Shown: positions 50,110 through 61,162, counted from the first letter of the whole stretch. The stretch: 63,596 nucleotides of DNA, filler included, from Basidiobolus ranarum (GCA_040143965.1; 50 parts of 50 records of this genome joined end to end with filler, not necessarily neighbours in it), one strand, 5' to 3'. Numbers and translations are program-made. Notes: generated by a model from the sequence alone, not told the origin.

Positions 50110-50630
50110 AGTGATGCTTAAGTGCCTCTATAGTTATATTCAGCACAGTATTTAGTTATCATATATTTTCCTAAGATATTGCCCATTATTCTTAATTGGA
50201 ATTTGCTTGGAATATTTTTACAAACTGAGAAGTTCTCCAATATATAGATTTTTTTAAAACATGTACTAGAAGCTCCAAGCTTTGCACATGTTTATGGGGT
50301 ATTTCTTAACATCCACCACATGTTAGCTTGCTAACATCTTGACAAAACTCTAAATGTCAATTTTCCACTCAATAAATCCATAAGTGGAATCCACCAGTTT
50401 TTCAAATTCTCCAAACCACTTCTAATATGCTGCCAGAATATTCTAACAGGTTATGAGCTCCAAGCTTGTACTCACTATAATATTAAGTTCTGTAATTTAT
50501 AGAACTTCTGCTGTAAAATTTGATGGAATTATTCATCAAATTTAGAAAATTAACATGAAAATGCTGGTGCAAGAAGAAGAACCTTGGGATACTGCTATTG
50601 GAGAAAAAAACAATGCAAAGCTATCCAAAA
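50110..50630 (+). mobile_element. Diverged Copia 5' end: LTR type 1 (to 50448), PBS GGTTATGAGCTC, gag start
   Basis: KFDG..HQI*KINMKMLVQEEEPWDT. Confidence 0.8.
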
Positions 50631-50631
50631 C

Positions 50632-50911
50632 TATTGGGAAAATATAGGATGCTTCGAGGAAGTTTAGAAAAGTGGAGTTGTGAATAGCTTTGCAAGAGAA
50701 TTATTTATTGTCCAGAAATAGAGCATTTATACATTGTGGTGGAAATACAGAAAACTAACACTGGGGTTGTGTTCAGTGTTGAAATTAGCATTGCCTAAAC
50801 ATCTATATAGTCATATATAACTTAGTACTTAGTTATCTTCTAACTCACTAAGATATTATCAATTATTCTCAATCGGAAATTACTTAGAATATTTTTACCA
50901 ACTTAGAAGTT
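50632..50911. repeat. LTR type 3 3' end (50632-50776, -) interrupted by LTR type 1 (50777-50911, +)
   Basis: tattgggaaaat... then tgttgaaattagc. Confidence 0.85.
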
Positions 50912-51011
50912 NNNNNNNNNNNNNNNNNNNNNNNNNNNNNNNNNNNNNNNNNNNNTTAATTAATTAANNNNNNNNNNNNNNNNNNNNNNNNNNNNNNNNN
51001 NNNNNNNNNNN

Positions 51012-52181
51012 GAAGAAGAAGACGACGGTTTTGTTACGGACTCTTTGTTATCGGCAAATATTAGTCCACTCATAACACTTACAGTAAAGGAAGCAGCTTT
51101 GATTATTGAGGAGTGGAGAGTTCAATCCAATCTTAGCAACCAGGTGTTTATTGGTTTTCTTACACTTTTACCACAGTTGATTGGCAACTGTTGCTTGCCA
51201 CAGACCTGGTACAAGTGGAAAACACTTGTCAATCATATGACTTATAATCCTTCAGTAATTAAACTGCCTTCATGTCCAAATGGTTGTTTGGCTTTCACCG
51301 GTGATCTGAAAAACCTGAAGTCATGTACTGTTTGCACACAATTGGCAATCACTGAATCAGGTAAATATTGTTCATATTTGGCTTACATACCGTTGATTCC
51401 CCGTCTTAAAGTTTTGATGAAATCACCCAAATATAGATCATTGATCCAATACCAAAGTACTCACCATAAAGCTGATGGTATTACCAATATACTTGATGGA
51501 TATCACTACCAGAATCTGAAAAGTCAAGGTTTCTTTGAGAACACATATGATCATGCATTTGCATTGGCTCTGGATGGTTTCTCACTAAATAAATATACCA
51601 TTGGAAAGGCTTGCTGGCCAATAATTCTGATCAACTTAAATCTTCCTCTCTCTGAATGATATAGGAGTCATAATATTTTGATACTATCCATCATATCTGG
51701 ACCTAAATCACTCATTCTTATAGATAGCTTCTTGGAGCCTTTGATTGCAAAATTTGAATGGTTATCTAATTGGTTTGGATGGGTGAATATTTTATTAGAT
51801 CTAATATCATTGTATGTATTGGTGACACTCCTACCATCAGTAAACTTGGGGGATTTCATGGGCACAATGCACTATCTTACTGTAGATTTTGTCAAATCAA
51901 TGGAGTTTACTCTAACAGGCATATGCATTACTACTATCCAAACACAACACTAAACTTCATGATTTTGCCATCAAGAGCCCAGTCTGATTTCAACATGATT
52001 ACTGATATCATTTCACCAAATAGGTTGGTTAACATCAAACTTGGTATTACCCATAAGCCTAAGATTATATTGTTAAAGGGGATCAGCCAGAGCCAGAGCT
52101 TCCCAATAGGCACTATGCACTTACTATTCAACAACATTTCAATACTACTTACTCAGCTATATAGTGGAAAATTCAATATGA
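51012..52181 (+). mobile_element. CACTA transposase, well-preserved core
   Basis: 204-aa ORF with CPNGCLAFTGDL/YIPLIPRLK/ALDGF/CWPIILINLNLP, then GDTPTISKLGGFHGHNALSYCRFC. Confidence 0.93.
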
Positions 52182-52281
52182 NNNNNNNNNNNNNNNNNNN
52201 NNNNNNNNNNNNNNNNNNNNNNNNNTTAATTAATTAANNNNNNNNNNNNNNNNNNNNNNNNNNNNNNNNNNNNNNNNNNNN

Positions 52282-53450
52282 CAACAGTTGCCAATCAACT
52301 GTGGTAAAAGTGTAAGAAAGCCAATAAACACCTGGTTGCTAAGACTGGATTGAACTCTCCACTCCTCAATAATCAAAGCTGCTTCCATTACTCTAAGTGT
52401 TATGAGTGGACTAATGCTTGCCAATAGCAAAGAGTCTGTAACAAAACTGTTGTCTTCTTCTTCAACTTCAGATATACTACCAACAGTAATGGAGTAACCA
52501 AAGTCTACATCTAGCAGCATGTTTTCAAAATTGTCTGTATTTGCTGGTTTGACCAAAGTTGCATTTCTCCCTACATCATTCTGGTCATATAACTGAGATA
52601 ACTCCATGGTATCTTGACTTTTGGCAGTATTACCAATACGTTGAGGCAAAGCAGAGCCAGTGGACTGAGTGGGCAAAACTAAATCTAATTTTGCACTTAT
52701 TACTATTGATGTTCACAAGGCTTTGTGCAGCTGGTGGCTTTGTAAAGTGACCATGCTTGTGATCATTTTTTCTATGAAGCCACTGCCTTTCATAGCATAA
52801 GAATTTATGACAACAATAGCAGGGCTTCTTCAAATGTTTGTATTGTGGCATGAGAAGGATGTTGTGGGCAAAAGAACACCTCCCATGCTAGGGTGGTATT
52901 TTGGTATCTCTCATCAATATTGTCAGCCAATTCTGAGATGGTACTACAGATAAGTCTTCAGGGGTTTCACAAGATATTTCTGGTAAAGGATGGAAATTTT
53001 TGTTTATTATAAGCTGCTTCCAAGCAATTTCATTATACCAAGTTTATCATCTGAAAATTTCAATGCCATTCAAAAAGTACTCAAAATATAAATCAAAATT
53101 GGCTCCTAAGCAAAAGCTAGCTGGCACAAAAGGAAAAGAAACCAGCAAGAACAGAGGACGTAATTGATAAGCAGTCTATTAATCCACTATCCACTTTGGA
53201 AGGCATTGACTTGCCTGAAACTAGCTCAAGTAATGATGAAGCATTAATCAATTTACCAGATGTTTTCCTTTACAGCAATAGTGAAGAGATTGTAATCCCC
53301 AATTGCGTAGTAAATCAATAGTTGAGCAAAGTTCAACCAAAACACCGTCAAGACCATCTACTTCCAAAATGGCTACTTTGCCCACTATTGAACAACCCTC
53401 CATAGAAAATTTGGATAGAATTATTACAATAAGGGAATCGCAGGCAGAAC
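52282..53450. mobile_element. CACTA central region: transposase 5' end (minus, ATG at 52851), 211-bp spacer, ORF2 5' end (plus, ATG at 53063)
   Basis: Head-to-head starts within one contig. Confidence 0.9.
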
Positions 53451-53550
53451 NNNNNNNNNNNNNNNNNNNNNNNNNNNNNNNNNNNNNNNNNNNNTTAATT
53501 AATTAANNNNNNNNNNNNNNNNNNNNNNNNNNNNNNNNNNNNNNNNNNNN

Positions 53551-53837
53551 AAGGCATGCATATTAATCCAAATTCCTACAGCAGTAAACCCAGTAATTTG
53601 CCATTTGAAAATTATATTTTTGCAACAATTGCTGGATGTTAAATAATGCATGCCAAATTTGAGGATCAATATTTTAACATGTATGAATACCTTTAAGATA
53701 CTGTCAAGAAACCGCCATTACGCCATCAAAATCCCTGGCAGAATGCAAGCCAACAATATTGTAATGGTTCTCTGATGGTTTTGCTATTTTGGAGGGTGGA
53801 TCCAATCCGGATCAAATCAATTTTATTTTTGTTAGGG
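53551..53837 (+). mobile_element. CACTA right subterminal region and TIR
   Basis: Ends ggatcaaatcaattttatttttgttaggg. Confidence 0.9.
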
Positions 53838-54512
53838 CCTTTCTATGGTTTCATTAGCTTGGTTTTCACTTCAGAGACCAACTTGGAACCTAGTGGCTTT
53901 CTCTTGCTGGCAGAGAGCTTGAAACCAGATGTTGAATTATCCTGAAGTGAAGAAAACCAATCAGACATTGCTTTTCCCATAATAGTGATTCTGGACACTC
54001 TAGAGGTTGATCTAGAGTCTATGGCTTGTCACAGAATGCTGTATAAGCATAGATATTATCATTGGAAGTCTTCCATCAGCTCCCTGGCTTGTTCCTCCTG
54101 CTGAATGAACTTCTAGGTCCTGAATTATCCTCTGATGTGATTGGAGCCAGAATCTTAGTTCAATTGGGCTCAGACACAGCTGGAATCTCATCAGACACTT
54201 TCTGAACAGTGCTCAATGTGTTTTCTTGATCAAGAACTGTGATATGGGGTGAAAGAGTGGCTTTTCATCAAAAAGTATATTTGTGCACTTCTAATTTTTG
54301 GTATCAGACATTCTGTAGGCTTTAGATTCATCACAGTAACCAAGAAATATGCGATATTTGCTTTTGGGTTGTAATTTGGAGCATTTTTAGCTAGAATCAG
54401 GCAGCATGCTATCAAACCAGAGATCCTGAGATGATTATACTTGGTTTTAGTCTATATAGGGCTTCAAGTGAAGTGTAAGTTAGTAGCAATATTTTTTGGT
54501 AACTATTTCTGA
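53838..54512 (-). mobile_element. Copia integrase C-terminus, spacer and RT start, between two CACTA termini
   Basis: LRISG....L.......KL.PKS....FLGY...SKAYR pattern; EP..LDQPL remnant. Confidence 0.75.
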
Positions 54513-54719
54513 CCCTAACAGAAATTTGAGGATTGTTATTGTAGGAAAACCGTCACAATTTTAATCCATTTCGGATTGACCATTTACTTACCATCATAAA
54601 ATCATAAAATCATAAAATCATCAAGTTAGATTTGATTTTAATCAATTTTTTCAGTTTCAGGAGTGAAATTTCAAGATCTCGCAAAATAGTTGCAAATGAT
54701 TGGCTAAAATCTCAGAGAA
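54513..54719 (+). mobile_element. CACTA left TIR and subterminal region
   Basis: ccctaacagaaatttgagg; (cataaaat)x3 slippage. Confidence 0.9.
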
Positions 54720-54819
54720 NNNNNNNNNNNNNNNNNNNNNNNNNNNNNNNNNNNNNNNNNNNNTTAATTAATTAANNNNNNNNNNNNNNNNNNNNNNNNN
54801 NNNNNNNNNNNNNNNNNNN

Positions 54820-55988
54820 ATGGAGTTTATTTTTGTATTTGGATAGTAGTAATGTGTATGCCTGATTGAGTAGACTCCATTGATTTGACAAAATCTACAG
54901 CAAGATAGTACATTGTGCCTGCAAAAACCTCCAAGTTTACTGATGGCAGGAGTGTCACCAATACATACAATGATATTAGCTTTAATAAAATATTCACCCA
55001 TCCGAACCCCATTGGATAATTGTTCAAATTCCACAATCAAAGGCTCCAAGAAGCTATCTATAAGCACAGGTGATTTAGGTCCAGATATGATGGATAGTAT
55101 CAAAATATTTTGACTCTTATACCATTCTGAAGGAGGAAGATTTAAGTTAATTAAAATTATTGGCCAGCAAGCCTTTCCAATGGTATATTTGTTTAGCAAG
55201 AAACCATCCAGAGCCAATGCAAATGCATGATCATATGTGTTCTCAAAGAAACCTTGACTTTGCAGATTCTGGTAGTGATATCCATCAAATATATTAGTAA
55301 TACCATCAGCTCTGCGGTGAGTACTTTGGTGTTGGATCAATGATCTATATTTGGGTGGTTTCATCCAAACTTTAAGATGGGGAATCAACAGTACGTAAGC
55401 CAAATATGAACAATATTTACCTGATTCAGTGATTGCCAATTGTGTGCAAACAGTACAGGACTGCAGGTTTTTCAGATCACCAGTGAAAGCCAAAAAACCA
55501 TATGGACATGAAGGTAGTTCAATTACTGAAGGATTATAAGTCATACAGTTGACAAGTGTTGTCTACTTGTACCAGGTCTGTGGCAAGCACCAGTTGCCAA
55601 TCTACTGTGATAAAAGTGTAAGAAAACCAACAAACACCTGGTTGCTAAGATTGGATTGAACTCTCTGCTCCTCAGTAATCAAAGCTGCTTCCTTTACAGT
55701 AAGTGTTATGAGTGGACTAATGTTTGCTAATAACAAAGAGTCTGTAACAAAACCATTGTCTTCTGCAGCTTCCAATATACTACCATTGGTACTGGAATAA
55801 CCAAGGTCCACATCTAGCAGCAAGTCCTCAAAGTTGTCTGGACTTATTGGTTTCACCAAAGTTGCATTTTGACCTACATCATTCTGGTCATATAACTGTG
55901 GTAACTCCACAGTATCTTGACTTTTGGCAGTGTTACCAAAACTTTGAGGCAAACTACAGTCAGTGGACTCAATGGGCAAAACTAAAGT
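54820..55988 (-). mobile_element. CACTA transposase, N-terminal half and longest intact core (~240 aa)
   Basis: ALDGF...GDTPAISKLGGFCRHNVLSCCRFC. Confidence 0.93.
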
Positions 55989-56088
55989 NNNNNNNNNNNN
56001 NNNNNNNNNNNNNNNNNNNNNNNNNNNNNNNNTTAATTAATTAANNNNNNNNNNNNNNNNNNNNNNNNNNNNNNNNNNNNNNNNNNNN

Positions 56089-56435
56089 TTTAGAAAAGAG
56101 GAGTTGTGAATAGCGTTGTGAGATAATCATTTATTGTCCTGAAACATAGCATTTATACATTTTGATGGCAATACAGAAAACTAACACTGGGGATGTGTTC
56201 AAAACATATGTGGGAGTAAAATGAGCTATCTTTGGGGCAATTTGGATGAGTTTGAAATTTCCAATATGGAATTGCTAATTCTCACATTATTCACATATAT
56301 ATATAATGCATGTTCCAATTTTCAGCTAAGTGATATTTGACTAAGTAATGTTAACTAACTTATATGTGATATATGAAATAGTTAGGTGTATAAAGATAGA
56401 GATAACAAATATGACAAAGACAATAAACTTCAACA
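56089..56435 (-). repeat. LTR type 3, nearly complete
   Basis: Reverse complement of 18050-18396. Confidence 0.9.
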
Positions 56436-56620
56436 AAAACAGAAGTCCAACATGTAGCAATCATGACTCTAAAACTCCTATTGAAATCTAGACTGGAAAC
56501 AAGCCTAATCTGAATCACCTCAGAATTTTTGGATCAATAGTATATGCTCATATTCCTAAACCTCAGTATAGGAAATTGGACATAAAGGCAATTAAATGCA
56601 TCCTATTAGGATATCAGAAC
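56436..56620 (+). mobile_element. Copia integrase C-terminal fragment
   Basis: KTPIEI*TGNKPNLNHLRIFGSIVYAHIPK..YRKLDIKAIKCILLGY. Confidence 0.88.
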
Positions 56621-57257
56621 AAAGGCTTTTTCATCTCCAGAGACTACATCCCAAAGCTCCCTGTCTTCCAGCATGATTTGCATTTTGAACTTCCAGAAAT
56701 TGAAATTTTCTCCAACAAGCTTTTCAACACTTGAGTTAATAAAAGTGGTGTTGAAATTAGCATTGCCTAGACACCTATATAGTCATATATAGCTTAGTAA
56801 TTAGTTATCTTATAATTCACTAAGATATTATCAATTATTCTCAATCAGAATTTACTTGGAATATTGTTACCAACTTAGAAGTTCTCAGATATATAGATTT
56901 TTCAAACTTCTGCTAGAAGCCCCAAACTTTGCACACATGTTCCTGGGACCTTCCTTAAAATATTCTACATTTTAGTTTGTTTACATCTTGACAAAATTAT
57001 AAATGTCAACTTTCTACTCAATAAATCAATAAGTGAAAACCACCAATTCCTCTAATTCGCCAAACCACTTCCAACAGGCTCCCAAATACTTTAACAAGTG
57101 GTAGTAGTGGTTTCTGCCATGCTGTAAAGGTTAGAACACAGGGCTTATATCCTATTTTGAAAATATGGGCCGTTTGGAGGAACTTTAGAAAAGTGGAGTT
57201 GTTACTAGCTTTGTGAGATAATTGTTTATTGTCCATAAATAAAGCTTTTATACTTTT
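56621..57257 (-). mobile_element. Copia 5' end of the LTR3 family: LTR end (57153), degenerate PBS (57152-57141), gag (ATG at 57120) split by a solo LTR
   Basis: MAETTTTT/FINSSVEKLVGENFNFWKFKMQIMLEDRELWDVV. Confidence 0.85.
56749..57096 (+). repeat. Solo LTR type 1, 348 bp, 5-bp TSD AGTGG
   Basis: TG...CA ends; AGTGG at 56744-56748 and 57097-57101. Confidence 0.95.
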
Positions 57258-57357
57258 NNNNNNNNNNNNNNNNNNNNNNNNNNNNNNNNNNNNNNNNNNN
57301 NTTAATTAATTAANNNNNNNNNNNNNNNNNNNNNNNNNNNNNNNNNNNNNNNNNNNN

Positions 57358-57455
57358 TGACTAAGTAATGTTAACTAACTTATATGTGATATATGAAATA
57401 GTTAGGTGTATAAAGATAGAGATAACAAATATTGTAAACACAATAAACTTCAACA
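57358..57455 (-). repeat. LTR type 3 5' end, inserted in CACTA left end
   Basis: caataaacttcaaca terminus. Confidence 0.85.
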
Positions 57456-57458
57456 AAA

Positions 57459-57998
57459 ACTAGGGACTTTGAAGGTGACAAATTAGTGTTCAAGTGGTAA
57501 ATGTGTACAATTTGAGTTATATTATTTGGACATGTGTTGATCCATAGTTCTCTGAGATTGTAGCCAATCATGTGCAGCTATTTTGAAATATCTTAAAGTT
57601 TCACTCCTGAAACTGAAAAGATTGATTAAAATCAAATCTAGCTTGATGATTATATGACAATAAGTAAACAGTCAATCCAAAATAGATTAAAATTGTGATG
57701 GTTTTGCTACAATATCAATCCTCAAATTTCTGTTAGGGAAAATAGCATTCCAGTGGTAAATGTATAAAGTTTGAGTTACATTTTTTGTGCATATGTTGAT
57801 CCATAGTTCTCTGATATTGTAGCCAATCATATGCAACCATTTTGTGATATCCTGAAATTGCACTCCTGAAACTGAAAAATATGATTAAAATCAAATCTGA
57901 GTTGTCAATTTTGTGAAGGTAATTAAACAGTCAAACTAAAATTGATTAAAATTTCCATGGTTTGCCCACAATAACAATCCTCAGATTTCTGTTAAGGG
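57459..57998 (-). mobile_element. Two tandem CACTA left ends (TIRs ending at 57738 and 57998)
   Basis: ~255-bp unit repeated with divergence. Confidence 0.87.
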
Positions 57999-58526
57999 AA
58001 ATGGAATGCATTGGAGTATCTACTACTGATCAAGACTTCATAGTTACAGTCCTGAATAGCCTGCCCTATGCCTTCAGAGCCTAATAAGGGCTCTCAAATC
58101 AAGAAGTGAAAATTTGACCTTAAATTACATATTGGGCAGACTTCTGCATGAAGATTTATGCAAATTGGGATCCAACTAAAAGAATGAAGAAAATGCTTTG
58201 ATAGGCTACAAGAAACCTTCCTATTGTTGAAATTAGCATTGCCTAAACATCTATATAGTCATATATAACTTAGTAATTAGTTATCTTATAACTCACCAAG
58301 ATATTATCAATTATTCTCAATTGGAATTTATTAAAATATTTTTACCAACTTAAAAGTTCTCAGATATATAGATTCTTCAAACTTGTGCTAGAAGCCCACA
58401 CTTGGCACACAAGTTCCTTGGACCTTCTTTAACATATTTTACATGTTAGTTTGCTTACATCTTGACAAAACTATAAATGTCAACTTTCTACTCAATAAAT
58501 CAATAAGTGAAAACCACCTATTCCTC
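57999..58526 (+). mobile_element. Copia gag fragment followed by LTR type 1 (58225-58526)
   Basis: DQDFIVTVLNSLP...GRLLHE; tgttgaaattagc. Confidence 0.8.
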
Positions 58527-58626
58527 NNNNNNNNNNNNNNNNNNNNNNNNNNNNNNNNNNNNNNNNNNNNTTAATTAATTAANNNNNNNNNNNNNNNNNN
58601 NNNNNNNNNNNNNNNNNNNNNNNNNN

Positions 58627-59423
58627 AAGTACCTCTTTAATTTGGACTAATTTGTTTGTGTGATAATCTGACAGTATATCTAGGAAAGCTGCAAGACAGA
58701 CTTCTTGGTAAGATAGATCAAGATACTCAGTATTATTGCTTTAGCCATGGGGTAATCTATTCAATCAATGACATATCTACTTGTGGCCAGACATTTGTTG
58801 ACTGCAAGTCAGGGATATTTTGGTGAAATTCTTTACAGAAATTTGCCAAAATCCAAGAGCTTATTCTCACTGGTAATGGTAACAAGAGATAGCTATTTGC
58901 CAAGTGTCAAAGTTACTCTAAATTTCAGATGTTTAGCTATTTGCCAAGTGTCAAAGTTACTCTAAATTTCAGATGTTTAGCTATTTTTTCCACCATTAGT
59001 TTGCTGGTAATACATATTGATATTGCTCAGTTATGTCTGATCAGTCAAGTAAGTGCATATGTAGAGACTAAACACAAGATTCGTGTATTTTTTGATTCTC
59101 ATTATGGCTGGAATATAACAGCTAAAATATCTAAATAAAGGCATGCATATTAGTTTGAATTCCTATAGCAGTAAGCCCAGTAATGTGCCAATCAAAAATT
59201 GGATTTTTCCAAAAATTGTTGGAAATTAAATAATAAATTCCAAATATCAGGGTCAATATTTCACCATGTAAAATTACTGTCATAATACTGTAAGGAAGCC
59301 ATCATCTCACCATCAAGATATCTGGCAGAATACAAGCCACCAATATTGGGATGGTCCTCTAATTGTTTTGTGCTTCAGAAAGGTGGATCTGTTCCAGATC
59401 AAATCAATTTATTTTTGTTAGGG
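58627..59423 (+). mobile_element. CACTA transposase last exon and right terminus
   Basis: DSHYGWNITAKISK*; ends tttttgttaggg; ~43-bp tandem duplication near 58891-58985. Confidence 0.88.
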
Positions 59424-59794
59424 TTTATTTACACAATCTTATAGCAGTAACCAATGATTTGAAGACTTTCAAGAAAACCAAATTCAGCTTATCTGCCAAA
59501 TTCAAAATGACTGATCTTGGTGAACTAACATACTATCTTTGAATCCAAATTAATATAGACAGAATCACCAAAATAGTAACTACAAACCAGACCAAGAATA
59601 TTCCAGATATACTAAAGAAGTTTAAAATGAAAGAACATAATCCAGTTTATCCCAATAGAGACAAATCTCAACTTGACCAAAATATCTCAAATCAGACATT
59701 CTTATATTCAAATGAAAGCCAACATATTCCTTATTTATCTATAGTTGGTAGTTTGATGTACATCAAGATTGGAGCATGGCCTGATGGGAATTAT
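59424..59794 (+). mobile_element. Copia RT fragment starting at the decayed YxDD motif
   Basis: YLHNLIAVTNDL...KFKMTDLGEL...PYLSIVGSLMY. Confidence 0.85.
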
Positions 59795-60289
59795 NNNNNN
59801 NNNNNNNNNNNNNNNNNNNNNNNNNNNNNNNNNNNNNNTTAATTAATTAANNNNNNNNNNNNNNNNNNNNNNNNNNNNNNNNNNNNNNNNNNNNGTACAA
59901 TTTTTGGACGCCAATCTTTTGGTCCAAGCCGTTTGTCAAGAGAGTCTTTAGTTTGTCTGAAAATCCAATTTACTGAAACGCACTAGTAACTTTGGACTTT
60001 AGATTAGATGGCACAGCAAATAGGATGTCATAATCTAATAATAGAGGAGTTCTATTTGTAGTGGATCAATATGCCAAGATCAGAATCATGATATAAATAC
60101 CTCTATAATTTGGGCTAATTTGTATGTGTCATAGTCTGATATTATTTTTAGTAAATTTGCAAAATAGACTTCTTGGTGAGATCCATTGAGATACACAGTA
60201 TTATCATTTTAACCATTGCGCAATCTATTTAAGCAATGATACATCTATTTGTTATACGATATTTGTTGATTGCGAGTATAGTAAAATAG

Positions 60290-60698
60290 AAGATAACTAA
60301 GTGGTAAGCTATGTATGACTATATGGGTGTTTAAGCAATGCTAACTTCAACACTCTCCCTCAACTAAATAATTGTATTAACTAATTATTAGGAAGGTCCA
60401 TATTTCACAAATTTCTGTCTAGCCAATGGTTTGGCTAATATATCAGCAATCATATATTGTGTAGAGCAAAAACTTAAGTCAATACACTGATTCTGTATTG
60501 TCCCTCTAATGTACTGAGGCTTAACATCTATATGTTTACTTCTTTTATGAAATATGGGATTTTTAGCTAATTTGATACAACTTTGATAATCTTGAAACAA
60601 TGTGTTTGGCAAATTTGAGAAAGATCTAATGTTGTGAGAGCTCTCTTAGCCATATTGCTTCTTTTGATGCTTTGCAGGAGGCCACGTATTCTGCTTAT
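60290..60698 (-). mobile_element. Copia 3' end: RNase H, PPT, start of 3' LTR type 1 (60352)
   Basis: KNPIFHKRSKHIDV, MIADILAKPL; gttgagggagag-tgttgaag. Confidence 0.88.
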
Positions 60699-61062
60699 TG
60701 TCACAATAAGGAACTGGACAAGGACTGGAAACAATGACAAGAGGCTAGAAGGCAGGAGAGTACTTGGATGTAGACCACAGGACAAGACAGGACAAGGAAG
60801 ATACTTGGCAAGAATCTTTATTGATAACTGGCATTGATCAGACTGAGGTCTGATCAAGGAATACATGGGGCTTATATATATATTGCCAGGTGAAACATAA
60901 TATACCTAATAGGGAATATACTCTGGCAAGTTCAAGAGTTGGCGTGTTGGGGACTACAAGGACCAATACAAAGAGGGATGATGTAAGGATGATCAGGTGA
61001 CCTTCCATGGAAGGTCTTGGTGGAAATACACTATGTGTGAGATGACATGATTGGATAGGTTT
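60699..61062 (-). repeat. LTR type 2 3' two-thirds, inserted in Copia RNase H
   Basis: tgtcacaataaggaac terminus. Confidence 0.88.
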
Positions 61063-61162
61063 NNNNNNNNNNNNNNNNNNNNNNNNNNNNNNNNNNNNNN
61101 NNNNNNTTAATTAATTAANNNNNNNNNNNNNNNNNNNNNNNNNNNNNNNNNNNNNNNNNNNN

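Noticed and set aside
59895-60007. Unassigned CpG-containing stretch (a similar case at ~45720-45829)
   Set aside because: Too short, with no recognisable motif, ORF or second copy in the window.
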